From Candidatus Latescibacterota bacterium (lineage in GTDB: Bacteria; Latescibacterota; UBA2968; UBA8231), in NCBI GenBank assembly GCA_965217585.1, contig OZ244561.1:3264001-3328000 (forward strand): a DNA stretch of 64,000 bases, written 5' to 3'. Under the pieces are notes generated by a model, which was not told the DNA's origin, ran no database searches, and saw nothing but the letters and a program-made list of their open reading frames with translations. Shown here one piece after another: positions 18,775 through 28,173 of the stretch (position 1 is its first letter; every line of letters begins with the position of its first letter). The position numbers were made by a program, and so were the translations under genes.

Positions 18775-18863
18775 ACCTAACACATCCATTTTCGCTACGA
18801 GGTATTCGCCCCTTGTCTTTGGCACCCAACATAAGCGGGGTTGTAGATAGCGAAACGTCATAT
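18775..18863 (+). other. attC site (degenerate R')
   Basis: ACCTAAC...family core...GAAACGTCATAT; TTACACCTAA is complementary to the cassette start TTAGGTGTAA at 15837. Confidence 0.7.
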
Positions 18864-18954
18864 GCCATGCATACAAACCATAGGCAGTTCACATCGACAC
18901 ATCGATACGGACCATCGCTGTTTGCAGCCAAGAGTTTTGTAGGATCTAAGAGAT

Positions 18955-19235
18955 ATGAAGCTGTTGACTAGTGACTCATTCAAGAAAGCAAAGACTTTCG
19001 TGAGGGATCAGGGCCGGGAATTAGAAAGACGGCTTCTATCGTATTATTTCGATGATGGAGCTCCAGTCGCGGTTCTAGACGAACTTGCTAGCTATCAGAA
19101 TCAGGATGGCGGTTTCGGCAATGGCCTTGAACCCGATCTCCAATTGCCCGATTCATCCGTTATCACGACGACCATTGCGCTACGCATTCTCAAAGAGGTC
19201 AAAGCGACTAGTAATGACGAGATTGTCCAGAAAGG
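18955..19235 (+). pseudogene. Truncated copy of the prenyltransferase/squalene-oxidase-repeat gene
   Basis: Near-identical to 21378-21658 (YQNQDGGFGNGLEPD); cut off by an IS remnant. Confidence 0.85.
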
Positions 19236-19330
19236 CCTCGATATCACAACGCCGCTCCCAGCACACTCGCCGTCGCCGGAACAGATGCAACCACGCCAGC
19301 GTCCGTTCCACCACCCACCGATATTTTGCA
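19229..19330 (-). mobile_element. IS5-family transposase remnant
   Basis: Minus strand reads KYRWVVERTLAWLHLFRRRRVCWERRCDIEAF, the IS5 C-terminal motif. Confidence 0.7.
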
Positions 19331-19366
19331 CTTTCATGTCACGGGTTTACCTCTGGAGTGTTGACA

Positions 19367-20365
19367 GTGAATAAATCAGAAAGTCACGGGCCCGGCCCCA
19401 AGCCGAGCATGCTGCTGTCCCCGGCGCAGTTGGACGAGTTCAAAGCAGAGGGGGTGCTCGCGATTCCGGGATTGATACCTCCTGATGTGCTTGAGGGGTG
19501 GCAGGACCAGATGCGCGCCGCTTGCTCTGGCGGCGTCGACCTCGACGACCCCAACACCTGGCCTGCCGGGCGGTACGCACCCGAGGGTGGTTGGCCCGAG
19601 CTCAGCCCCAACCTGTACGAGTTACCGAGCCTGCGGTCCATCGTCGAGCAGATCGGTGGCGGCGCTTTTGCCCCCTCCCACCCAGCGGGACAGCCGTGGA
19701 CTCCGCAGGTGCCAATGACCCGGGTGATCCTGCCGAGCGCTCCGGGCACGGAGTGGGCTCCCCCTGACGACGGTCACCTCGATGGGTATGCGACAGGCTG
19801 GGGCGGTGGGTTCATGGCGTTTTTCGCCGTGTTGCTCTGGGACGTCAGCAGCCCTACGGGAGGAGGCACGGCCTACTGGCCAAGGTCGCACCTGGCGAAC
19901 CACCGATACTTCCTCGAACATCCCGAGCAATTCGACGGCTCGTACCTCTTCACAGAGCCCGTGAAGAGCGGCGGACACCGGGCGCTCCTCGAGGGGGATT
20001 CCAGTGTGGGCGAGGTGGTATGTATGACGGGGCGAGCTGGCGACGCCATGCTGCTCCACGGCCTCACTACGCACGTCGGCTCGGCTAACGCGGCGGGGTC
20101 AAGGCAACCGCGGGTGGCGCAGTTTGCCCGGTACTCCCACAGGGAAATGCGCGAGCAGGCACCCATGGTCATGTTTCCTGACAAGGATGGCACGCCATGG
20201 TCGCCCCCGGTGCCGTCACCGCACGTTGGTAACACCCCGGTGGAGCGTGACGAGCAAGCGGCGGCGACCGGTTTTCTACCGCCGGGGCACCCAGGCCGGA
20301 GGCTCAAGCGATACGACGTAGCGCGGAACCTCTGGAAATATTGGGCCCCTGCTCTCAACACCTAA
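19367..20365 (+). CDS. PhyH-family dioxygenase
   Basis: FKAEGVL, GHLDG (HxD), GGT.YWPRSH, AGD.MLLHGLTTH; likely GTG start at 19367. Confidence 0.75.
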   Translation: MNKSESHGPGPKPSMLLSPAQLDEFKAEGVLAIPGLIPPDVLEGWQDQMRAACSGGVDLDDPNTWPAGRYAPEGGWPELSPNLYELPSLRSIVEQIGGGAFAPSHPAGQPWTPQVPMTRVILPSAPGTEWAPPDDGHLDGYATGWGGGFMAFFAVLLWDVSSPTGGGTAYWPRSHLANHRYFLEHPEQFDGSYLFTEPVKSGGHRALLEGDSSVGEVVCMTGRAGDAMLLHGLTTHVGSANAAGSRQPRVAQFARYSHREMREQAPMVMFPDKDGTPWSPPVPSPHVGNTPVERDEQAAATGFLPPGHPGRRLKRYDVARNLWKYWAPALNT

Positions 20366-20366
20366 T

Positions 20367-20443
20367 TCGCCCTGCACTTGGGGTCGCCGTCTGGCGTGCT
20401 AGCGGCGCTAGCGGAGGCTGCGGACGTGCCCTGCTGGATCCAA
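20367..20443 (+). pseudogene. Second, internally deleted fragment of the enolase-family gene
   Basis: Matches about 11118-11262 minus 69 bp lost between two GCGGCGCT repeats. Confidence 0.8.
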
Positions 20444-20444
20444 T

Positions 20445-20588
20445 CGGAAATTTTAGAATCGTTCTATCTTAACAAATTACAATAGGTTATGTATGATATC
20501 TCGACCTCGCGATATTTGGTTGCGACTGTTTATAAAGGCACGTACCTTCGGGTTAGATAGTAGCATCTAGCGGCGATTATCCGAATCA
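20445..20588 (+). promoter_or_regulatory. Cassette-promoter module, copy 2 (attI core missing)
   Basis: -35 TTGCGA (20520), 17 bp, -10 TACCTT (20543); homology stops before the core. Confidence 0.7.
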
Positions 20589-20619
20589 CATGAATTGGAT
20601 ACCCCAATGGAGCACATAG

Positions 20620-21324
20620 ATGCATAGGCCACAGGCTATTCTCTTCGATTTCATAAATACCCTCGTAAGCAATTTGAAGTTCGATCCCCTCGCAGGTAAC
20701 ACTCGCCTTCTCGAATATGTAGTGGATCGAAAAGGTATATCACCTGAAGAGGTAACGACTGAGGCAAAAAGGCTCGATAGTGAGGTTTCTGTTGAGGGTA
20801 ATTCAATCATCGAATTCACTAATCATCAGTTTAATCGACTACTCTTTGATCGACTCGGCATCACCTTTCGTGAACCCATGGAGGTAATCGAACTGGAATT
20901 CTGGAAAGAATGTATGCTTTTCTCTCCTGAGCCCGACATTGCCGATGTATTGACCGCCTTATCTGCACATAATTTGAGAATGGGGGTAGTAAGCAACCAT
21001 CCAGGATCTGGAACGGTCCTCTCCTGGGAACTTCAACGTCATGAACTGCTCAACTATTTTGAATTTGTTATCTCTAGCGCCGATTATGGGATAAGAAAGC
21101 CCCATTCCGTGATTTTCACCTCAGCGGCCACCCGATTGGGCATGGCACCTTCAGAGATATGGTATGTAGGCGACACGTTGGAGACCGATATGGTGGGGGC
21201 GAAGCAGTGCCACATGAGTGCAATCTGGTATAACAGGCGACAACAAGAGCCTGCGGATATCCCTGTTGATGCAGAGGTTAGGAGCTGGGAGGAATTCCTG
21301 GAGTTGGCTCAAACGTATTTGTAG
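20620..21324 (+). CDS. HAD-superfamily hydrolase
   Basis: LFDFINTL, VVSN, RKP, YVGDTLETD. Confidence 0.85.
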   Translation: MHRPQAILFDFINTLVSNLKFDPLAGNTRLLEYVVDRKGISPEEVTTEAKRLDSEVSVEGNSIIEFTNHQFNRLLFDRLGITFREPMEVIELEFWKECMLFSPEPDIADVLTALSAHNLRMGVVSNHPGSGTVLSWELQRHELLNYFEFVISSADYGIRKPHSVIFTSAATRLGMAPSEIWYVGDTLETDMVGAKQCHMSAIWYNRRQQEPADIPVDAEVRSWEEFLELAQTYL

Positions 21325-22097
21325 GAATAACCGTAATCGCTGTTTGCAGCCAAGAATTTTGTAGGAGTTAAGAGATTATGAAGCTGTTGACTAGGGACTC
21401 ATTCAAGAAAGCAAGGACTTTCGTGATGGAGCAGGGCCGGGAATTAGAAAGACGGCTTCTATCGTATTATTTCGATGATGGAACTCCAACCGCGATCCTG
21501 GACGAACTTGCTATCTATCAGAATCAGGATGGCGGTTTCGGCAATGGCCTTGAACCCGATCTCCAAATGCCCAATTCATCCGTTATCACGACGACCATTG
21601 CGCTGCGCATTCTCAGAGAGATCAAAGCGACTAGTGATGATGAGATTGCCCGCAAGGCAATCCAGTATTTGATAGCCGAATACGATTCGACTCAGAGCAG
21701 ATGGCCTATCGTCCTACAAGCGGTGGATGAATACCCCCATGCGCCGTGGTGGAATTTTGAGAATACGGCGGATACTTTTGGCAATTTCCTGGCCAACCCT
21801 CGTGCGGAGGTCGTGGGCTATCTACATGAATATCACGAGTTGGTACCTACAGACCTGACTAAACAGCTCACGGTAGAGGTTATAGAGCATATAAAAACAT
21901 TACCAGATGAGATGAACATGTACGATTTTATCTGCTGTGTTCATCTGGTTGAGACGGCTGCCCTGCCCCGATCCTCGAAAGATACGTTGGCGGAAATACT
22001 AATTCAGAGAGCACACTACGTCGTCGTTCATACGCCGGAAGAATTGATGGGGCCCTCTGCCAGACCGCTCTGGTTAGCTTCTACACCCACCTCGTTG

Positions 22098-23584
22098 CAC
22101 CCCTTTGAAGGTGGCCTGAGATTTGTCTAAACGATTTATTTACTTCAGTTACTCTTCTCGACTGGAGGTATGTCTGATGCTGGATGCCGTGTTCCATCGT
22201 TTTGTCGACCAAAGCCCGGTCACCGTGATGGTGGGGGGCTTGCTGGAACGGGTGCTGACCCCGGATAAACTCGATGCCTGGTTTGAGCAGACGACGGAGA
22301 AGCAATATACCCGTGAGTTGTTATTTTCCACCGTCTTCGATCTGATGAGTCAGGTGGTCTGTGGCATCCGCCCGTCGATGCATGCGGCCTATCAGGCGAA
22401 GGCCGACGAGGTGGGCGTTTCGATCAAGTCGGTCTACAACAAACTCAATGGGATCGAAGCGCCCACTTCGTCGGCCTTGGTCGGCTACAGTGCCACCTGT
22501 CTGGATCCGATTATTACGCAGTTGGGCGGCATGCGACCGCCGGCTATTCCGAAATACCGGCTCAAGATCGTCGATGGCACCTGTCTGTCGGCGACACAGC
22601 ATCGTCTGTCTGAACTGCGGGTGCTGTCGGCGGGTGCGCTGCCGGGCAAATCGCTGGTGGTCTATGATCCGGCGCGACAGATGGCCCTTGATGCCATCTG
22701 CTGTGAAGATGGCCATGTCCAAGAACGGGCGCTGTTGGATCACCTGTTGGAGTTGGTCGAAGCCGATGATGTGTGGATGGGCGATCGGAACTTCTGTACG
22801 CGGGCGTTTCTGTGTGGCATCGAAGCCCGATCGGCCTATTTCATTATGCGGCATCACCAAAATCTGGCCTGGGAAGAAGTCAGTTTTCGCATCGAACAAG
22901 GGCGCATTGAGACCGGCGTCGTCTATGAGCAAACGGTTCGTATCTGTGATGAAGACGGGGCCCGCCATACGTGGCGCCGCATTGTCCTCCGACTGGATCA
23001 ACCCACCCGCGATGGTGCCACCGAGATCGTCATCCTGAGCAATTTGCCCAAGGGCACGACTACGGCCAAACAGATCGCCCGGTTGTATCGCCAGCGCTGG
23101 AGTATCGAACATGCCTTTCAAGAATTGGCCCAACATCTCAACGCCGAGATCAACACCTTGGGCTATCCGCCCGCGGCGCTGTTTGCCTTTGCCCTGGCGC
23201 TGGTAGCCTACAATATCCTCGCCGTGGTTAAAGCCGCCTTGCGCAAGGTGCATGGCGTCGAGACGATCGAGGAGGAGTTTTCCGGGTACTACTTGGCCGA
23301 CGAGATCGCCACTACCTATCGCGGCATGATGATTGCCATCCCGCCCCAGCAGTGGGTCCTCTTTCGTCAGTGGTCGATTCCCCAGTTGGTCTCGATGCTA
23401 TGCCAGCTAGCCGGTAAGGTCAATCTCCGACGCTTCAAAAAGCATCCGCGGGGACCTAAAAAAACACGTCCCAAACGGCAAAAGGAGGAGACCCAACCCC
23501 ATGTCTCTACAGCACGGCTCCTGGCGAAGCGAAAAATAGAAAAGAAGAAACTGTAAAACTCTTGATGTCACCTTCAAAGGGGTG
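22098..23584 (+). mobile_element. IS4-family insertion sequence
   Basis: Perfect 16-bp TIR CACCCCTTTGAAGGTG; 12-bp TSD CCCACCTCGTTG. Confidence 0.92.
22177..23556 (+). CDS. IS4-family transposase
   Basis: IVDGT, GDRNF, YRQRWSIEHAFQEL (YREK-type motif). Confidence 0.9.
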   Translation: MLDAVFHRFVDQSPVTVMVGGLLERVLTPDKLDAWFEQTTEKQYTRELLFSTVFDLMSQVVCGIRPSMHAAYQAKADEVGVSIKSVYNKLNGIEAPTSSALVGYSATCLDPIITQLGGMRPPAIPKYRLKIVDGTCLSATQHRLSELRVLSAGALPGKSLVVYDPARQMALDAICCEDGHVQERALLDHLLELVEADDVWMGDRNFCTRAFLCGIEARSAYFIMRHHQNLAWEEVSFRIEQGRIETGVVYEQTVRICDEDGARHTWRRIVLRLDQPTRDGATEIVILSNLPKGTTTAKQIARLYRQRWSIEHAFQELAQHLNAEINTLGYPPAALFAFALALVAYNILAVVKAALRKVHGVETIEEEFSGYYLADEIATTYRGMMIAIPPQQWVLFRQWSIPQLVSMLCQLAGKVNLRRFKKHPRGPKKTRPKRQKEETQPHVSTARLLAKRKIEKKKL

Positions 23585-23837
23585 CCCACCTCGTTGCTAG
23601 CAGAGACACTGAAGAGCGAAGTAGATATGAATTTGGATTTCGATATTGAGCATCAAAATCCAGATGGCTCTTGGTCTCCTACTTGGACCTGGTATGGCCA
23701 GTATCCAGAAGCCTGGGAGCAAGCCGAACAGCATTGGAAGAGTTGTTTGACCGTTGAGATACTAAAGGCGTTAAAAGAATTTGGGCGGATTGAGGGTCTT
23801 TAGAGGCGATACTTTCAATATCACTTCAGATCGTCTT

Positions 23838-25250
23838 ATGAAACGAGAAGACTACTTTCGCTGGGCTGAGCGAGCTGCCCGATGGGGTGCCGAGTACCTG
23901 GCCACGCTTGATGAGCGGCCCGTTCGGGCGCAGACCGCACCGGGTGAGATCGCTGCGCTGCTGCCTTTAGCGCCACCGGAAGAGCCGGTAGATATGGAGA
24001 CGATCTTCGCCGACTTTGAGCGCATCGTACCCGACGGCATGACGCACTGGCAACACCGGCGCTTCTTTGCGTACTTCAGCGCCAACGCCGCTCCGGTTTC
24101 GATGATCGCCGAAAATTTGACGGCGGTCATGGCGGCCCAGTGCATGCTCTGGCAGACCTCACCGGCAGCTACGGAGATTGAGACCCGGATGGTCGATTGG
24201 ATGCGCCAGGCCCTTGGGCTACCGGAAGGGTTCCAGGGGGTTATCCAGGACTCGGGAACGTCGGCAAATGTCTGCGCCGTACTAACGATGCGCGAGCGCG
24301 CGCTAGGCTGGCGAGGGATCGATTCTGGAATGGTGGGGGAGCAACAGGTCCGGGTCTATGCCTCACCGGAGACCCACTCGTCGGTTGACAAGGCGATCCG
24401 CATCGCCGGTATCGGCCAACAGCATCTCGTCAAAGTCCCGACCGATGGTTCCTGGGCGCTCGATTCAGAGGCGCTGCGCCGGGCGATTGACGCTGATCGC
24501 GCAGCGGGTTTTCTCCCGGCCGGTGTCGTCCTTTGTGTTGGGGGCACGTCGATCGGCGCGTCCGACCGCGTGCACCAGACCATTGAAGTGGCACGAGAGC
24601 ACGATCTCTACGTCCACGTCGACGCCGCGTGGGCTGGTTCCGCGATGATCTGTCCTGAGCTACGGGAGTTGTGGGAGGGCGTCGAGGGAGCCGACAGCAT
24701 CGCCTTCAATCCCCACAAGTGGCTCGGTGCGCAGTTCGACTGCTCGATCCAGTTTCTTGCGGACCCAGAACCGCAGGTTCGCACCCTCGGCGTCCGTCCA
24801 GATTACCTCCAAACCCTCGGCCAAACCGAGATCACCAATTACAGCGAGTGGACGATCCCCTTGGGGCGTCGGTTCCGCGCCCTCAAGCTCTGGTTCCTGC
24901 TGCGCGCGCACGGTCTCGAAGACCTCCGCCAGCGCATCCGGAACCATATTGCCTGGGCTGAGGAGGCCGCCGCGGCGATCGCATTGCTGGACGGCTTTCG
25001 CCTGACGACGGACTGCCACCTTTCGCTCTTCACGTTCCAGTATGCCCCCGACGGCGAGAATGCCAACGACGCCACCGAGCGCCTGCTCCGCGCGGTCAAC
25101 GATGACGGCCGGATCTACCTGACGCAGACAATCCACGAGGGACAATTCGTCATCCGCTTCCAAGTCGGGCAGTTCGACTGTAGAAGGGAGGATGTGCTTA
25201 TGGCGGTCGATGTGCTGCGGGAACTGGCCCACGCGATCCATTTGGAATAA
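23838..25250 (+). CDS. PLP-dependent (aromatic L-amino acid) decarboxylase
   Basis: THWQH..FFAYF, SPAATE, HSSVDKA, HVDAAWAG, NPHKW, LGRRFRALKLW. Confidence 0.92.
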   Translation: MKREDYFRWAERAARWGAEYLATLDERPVRAQTAPGEIAALLPLAPPEEPVDMETIFADFERIVPDGMTHWQHRRFFAYFSANAAPVSMIAENLTAVMAAQCMLWQTSPAATEIETRMVDWMRQALGLPEGFQGVIQDSGTSANVCAVLTMRERALGWRGIDSGMVGEQQVRVYASPETHSSVDKAIRIAGIGQQHLVKVPTDGSWALDSEALRRAIDADRAAGFLPAGVVLCVGGTSIGASDRVHQTIEVAREHDLYVHVDAAWAGSAMICPELRELWEGVEGADSIAFNPHKWLGAQFDCSIQFLADPEPQVRTLGVRPDYLQTLGQTEITNYSEWTIPLGRRFRALKLWFLLRAHGLEDLRQRIRNHIAWAEEAAAAIALLDGFRLTTDCHLSLFTFQYAPDGENANDATERLLRAVNDDGRIYLTQTIHEGQFVIRFQVGQFDCRREDVLMAVDVLRELAHAIHLE

Positions 25251-25251
25251 C

Positions 25252-25758
25252 ATGACAGAAATAGATGCATCCTGGTATCAACGGCCAACCGATATCCCAG
25301 AGCGTGTAGCCAGTGGCGGTGTAGTCGTTCGACTTCATGACGAGCAAATCTTCGTTGCTCTGACACGTGAGGGCGATATGGAAGAGTATGTCTTACCCAA
25401 AGGCGGTGTCGAATCGGGTGAAGACCTGCTAAAAGCCGCGTACCGCGAAATAAAAGAGGAAACGGGCCTGACGGATTTGACCTTGGTCAACAAACTCGAA
25501 GTCGTCGAACGCTTAACCTATGATAAAGACTTTTGGGCCGTGATCCATCTCTACTTGTTTCAGACCAAACAGATTGAAGCTACACCAACCGATACAGTCT
25601 ATCACTATGAGATGAAATGGTTCCCGATTGATCGGCTTCCCGGCTTTTTATGGCCTGAGCAGAAAGCATTATTGGAGCGTCATCAAGAGGACATTGTTCG
25701 CGAGATTAAAGCGATATCTGACATGAATAGAAGAAAATCTACACCTCTAACAGAGTAG
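25252..25758 (+). CDS. NUDIX hydrolase
   Basis: PKGGVESGEDLLKAAYREIKEETGL Nudix box. Confidence 0.88.
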   Translation: MTEIDASWYQRPTDIPERVASGGVVVRLHDEQIFVALTREGDMEEYVLPKGGVESGEDLLKAAYREIKEETGLTDLTLVNKLEVVERLTYDKDFWAVIHLYLFQTKQIEATPTDTVYHYEMKWFPIDRLPGFLWPEQKALLERHQEDIVREIKAISDMNRRKSTPLTE

Positions 25759-25771
25759 GAGAAACGCAGGC

Positions 25772-26134
25772 ATGGAACGCGCGTACCCCATCCTCCGGAT
25801 TGACGATTACGAAGAGGCAAAGAGCTACTACATCGAGTTCTTGGGGTTCAAAATCGACTTTGAGTGGCGTCATGCCGAGGATTTCCCCGTCTATATGGGC
25901 GTTTCGCGAGGCGGCTTAGCACTTCACTTATCGGAGCATCTCGGCGAACCGGCCGGCCGGCCTGGCGCAGTCCAACTTCAAGTCGAGAACGTCCTCGATA
26001 TCTATGAAGAGCTAAAGAGTAAGAAGGGCGACATGACGGAAGAGCCCATCGACCAGGCATGGGGCTCGACGGAGCTAAAGCTTATGGATCCATTTGAAAA
26101 TCAGCTAACCTTCACGAGCCCCACCCCCAAGTAG
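25772..26134 (+). CDS. VOC/glyoxalase (bleomycin-resistance-like) protein
   Basis: YIEFLGFKIDFEWR, LHLSEH, WGSTE..LMDPFEN. Confidence 0.85.
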   Translation: MERAYPILRIDDYEEAKSYYIEFLGFKIDFEWRHAEDFPVYMGVSRGGLALHLSEHLGEPAGRPGAVQLQVENVLDIYEELKSKKGDMTEEPIDQAWGSTELKLMDPFENQLTFTSPTPK

Positions 26135-26173
26135 GCTTGACTATCATCCGCAACTCCCAAGCTGGCACTGCAA

Positions 26174-26242
26174 CCATAACACGTCCACTTGCGCTGCGGC
26201 GCATCGTAGCCACACATAGGTCTTAGCAGGGGCTCGTTTATG
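26174..26242 (+). other. Degenerate attC-like site
   Basis: CCATAACACGTCCACTTGCGCTGCGG resembles the family left arm; right arm is poor (GTTTATG). Confidence 0.45.
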
Positions 26243-26319
26243 CGCCATCAACATCACGACGAAATCGCCGCTGAACTACCGCGTCGCCTGAAACAGCCTA
26301 TCCCTGGGGGAGGGCACCG

Positions 26320-26476
26320 AATGTGCTATCTCAAGCTATCACAAGGGGTTACGTAGAGTACCCCAGCCTCGCGGGTGTTGGTTGAGACTGTTTACAAGAA
26401 GACGTACCTTCGGGTTAGATAAGCAGCACCTAACGGCGATTACCCTAACCAATTGTTCGGGTACAAGCAGTTATCG
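26320..26476 (+). promoter_or_regulatory. Cassette promoter plus attI-like module, copy 3 (intact)
   Basis: -35 TTGAGA (26382), 17 bp, -10 TACCTT (26405); TTCGGGTACAAGCA-GTTATCG core at 26470. Confidence 0.78.
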
Positions 26477-26526
26477 GCAAATCGCCCGAACCCTACGGAG
26501 CATGCCATTTCCAAAGAGGGCAATGG

Positions 26527-27039
26527 ATGTCTGAGGCATCAGGGCCAGCAAGGAAATACGAAGCATTTCTGGTAGAAACGGGAGGACAGGATGTTCTCGT
26601 CACCTGGTTTCCTTCTCACGATGTGCCGGAAGGGCAACGCCACGGCTCTGGTGGTATTTGCTTGACAGACAACGGCGAGGTTGTGTTGGCTACGCAAGAT
26701 GGGGAAACGTGGGGATTCCCGGCAGGCAGACCGGAAGGAAGTGAGTCGTGGGAGGAAACCCTGCGGCGGGAGATGAGAGAGGAAGCATGCGTTGAGGTCA
26801 GAGAGGCAAAGCTTCTGGGATTCTCACGCGGAGAGTGCATCAGGGGGCACGAAAAGGGTCTGGTGCTCGTGCGCTCGATCTGGCTAGCGAGAGTCGAGCT
26901 CAATGAGTGGGCGCACGAACACGAGACGCTGGCGCGCAAACTGGTTCAACCTGAAGGAGTCCTTGGGGAGCTGGCGCTGGACGTTTTTCTACCACTGCAC
27001 TATCGCGCTCTCATTGCTGCTGGCCTATTGAAGGAGTAA
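26527..27039 (+). CDS. NUDIX hydrolase (gene cassette)
   Basis: PAGRPEGSESWEETLRREMREEA; cassette ends GTTATCGGCA / TGCCGATAAC. Confidence 0.85.
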   Translation: MSEASGPARKYEAFLVETGGQDVLVTWFPSHDVPEGQRHGSGGICLTDNGEVVLATQDGETWGFPAGRPEGSESWEETLRREMREEACVEVREAKLLGFSRGECIRGHEKGLVLVRSIWLARVELNEWAHEHETLARKLVQPEGVLGELALDVFLPLHYRALIAAGLLKE

Positions 27040-27120
27040 GCAACCGAGGCCACACTCGGTTTGCGAGTTCTCGTTTGCACCCCACGCCTCGTCTCAAAGA
27101 CGGGCTGCGAAGGCGACTGC

Positions 27121-27212
27121 CGATAACAGCACGTTTTGCGCTGCGCCGCCCTTCAGGCGGCTTGGCCTTCGGCAACGCCTAGTCGGCGTTCGCAAACCGG
27201 AAAACGTTATAG
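27121..27212 (+). other. attC site
   Basis: CGATAAC...GTTTTGCG / CGCAAACCGGAAAAC...GTTATAG. Confidence 0.82.
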
Positions 27213-27247
27213 GAAGTCGGCCCCGCAAAGCTCACCAAGAGGGAACT

Positions 27248-28129
27248 ATGCCATATGCTTCTATAAACGGCTTCCGGATGTTCTACGATGTCCGCGGGGA
27301 GGGCGAGGTCGTCGTGTTCATACACGGAGGATTTCCTTCCCTTGACATGCATCTCCGTGCGCAATCGAGTGGTAAGTGGGGATGGGAGATGGATTTCACA
27401 TCAGATTTCCGATTTGTGATGTATGATCGACGGGGCTGCTGGCTGTCTTCTCGTCCGGAGTCTGACTATGACATTGAGAATCAGGCACGGGATTTGTCTG
27501 AGTTGCTAGACCACCTTGAAGTGGAAAAAGCACACGTGATTGGTTCCTCTGCAGGGGGTCCAATTGCAATGCTGTTTGCAACTATCTACCCGGAGAGAGT
27601 TAAAACACTCGTATTGGCTGGTACCGCTGCGAATCTTTGGCCAGAGGAAGACCCGGTTACCCAAATTGTCAAAGAACAGTTGGGAATCCTTGAGAAACAG
27701 GATGCGGCGGCAGCTTGGGAGAACCGACCAAAGAGTGTTGAGCTTTCTCTAGATGTCCTGTGGGAATGCGAAGAGATGAAGGAAATAGGAGCCCTAGCAG
27801 AATACGAAGAGCGAATAGAGAAACTTGTAGCGAGGTCCAGTTTACCAGAACGTGTGCAATGGTATGGAATTCAGTTGCAAGCGATTGGCGCGTACCTTGA
27901 CAGAGATATAACTGTCGAATGCGGTCAAATAGGGGCTCCTACACTTGTGGTTCACGGGGCTAAAGACAGAGAAGTGCCCGTGGATTGGGGCCAGGATCTC
28001 GCAACGAAGATTCCCAGAGCCGCATTCCGGATGTATCCGGATGAGCCACACAGCCTTGTCCACAGAAGTGGTGGGGTGCGTGAGAATCTGATGGCGTTTT
28101 TCCGAAAAAGAGGGGATAGAGAGTCATAG
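27248..28129 (+). CDS. Alpha/beta-fold hydrolase (gene cassette)
   Basis: FIHGG, YDRRG, GSSAGG nucleophile elbow, PTLVVHGAKD, H near the C-terminus. Confidence 0.88.
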   Translation: MPYASINGFRMFYDVRGEGEVVVFIHGGFPSLDMHLRAQSSGKWGWEMDFTSDFRFVMYDRRGCWLSSRPESDYDIENQARDLSELLDHLEVEKAHVIGSSAGGPIAMLFATIYPERVKTLVLAGTAANLWPEEDPVTQIVKEQLGILEKQDAAAAWENRPKSVELSLDVLWECEEMKEIGALAEYEERIEKLVARSSLPERVQWYGIQLQAIGAYLDRDITVECGQIGAPTLVVHGAKDREVPVDWGQDLATKIPRAAFRMYPDEPHSLVHRSGGVRENLMAFFRKRGDRES

Positions 28130-28173
28130 AAATCCCAGAGAAGGCGAAGTCGACATCGTATAACACGGTGCCC

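Larger units (their letters stand above)
21378..23803 (+). pseudogene. Prenyltransferase/squalene-oxidase-repeat protein interrupted by IS4
   Basis: YQNQDGGFG...PHAPWW; frame resumes after the TSD (QNPDGSWSPTWTW). Confidence 0.85.

Noticed and set aside
19085-19366. N-terminal extension of the PhyH ORF
   Set aside because: It runs through the truncated duplicate gene and the IS5 remnant in other frames.
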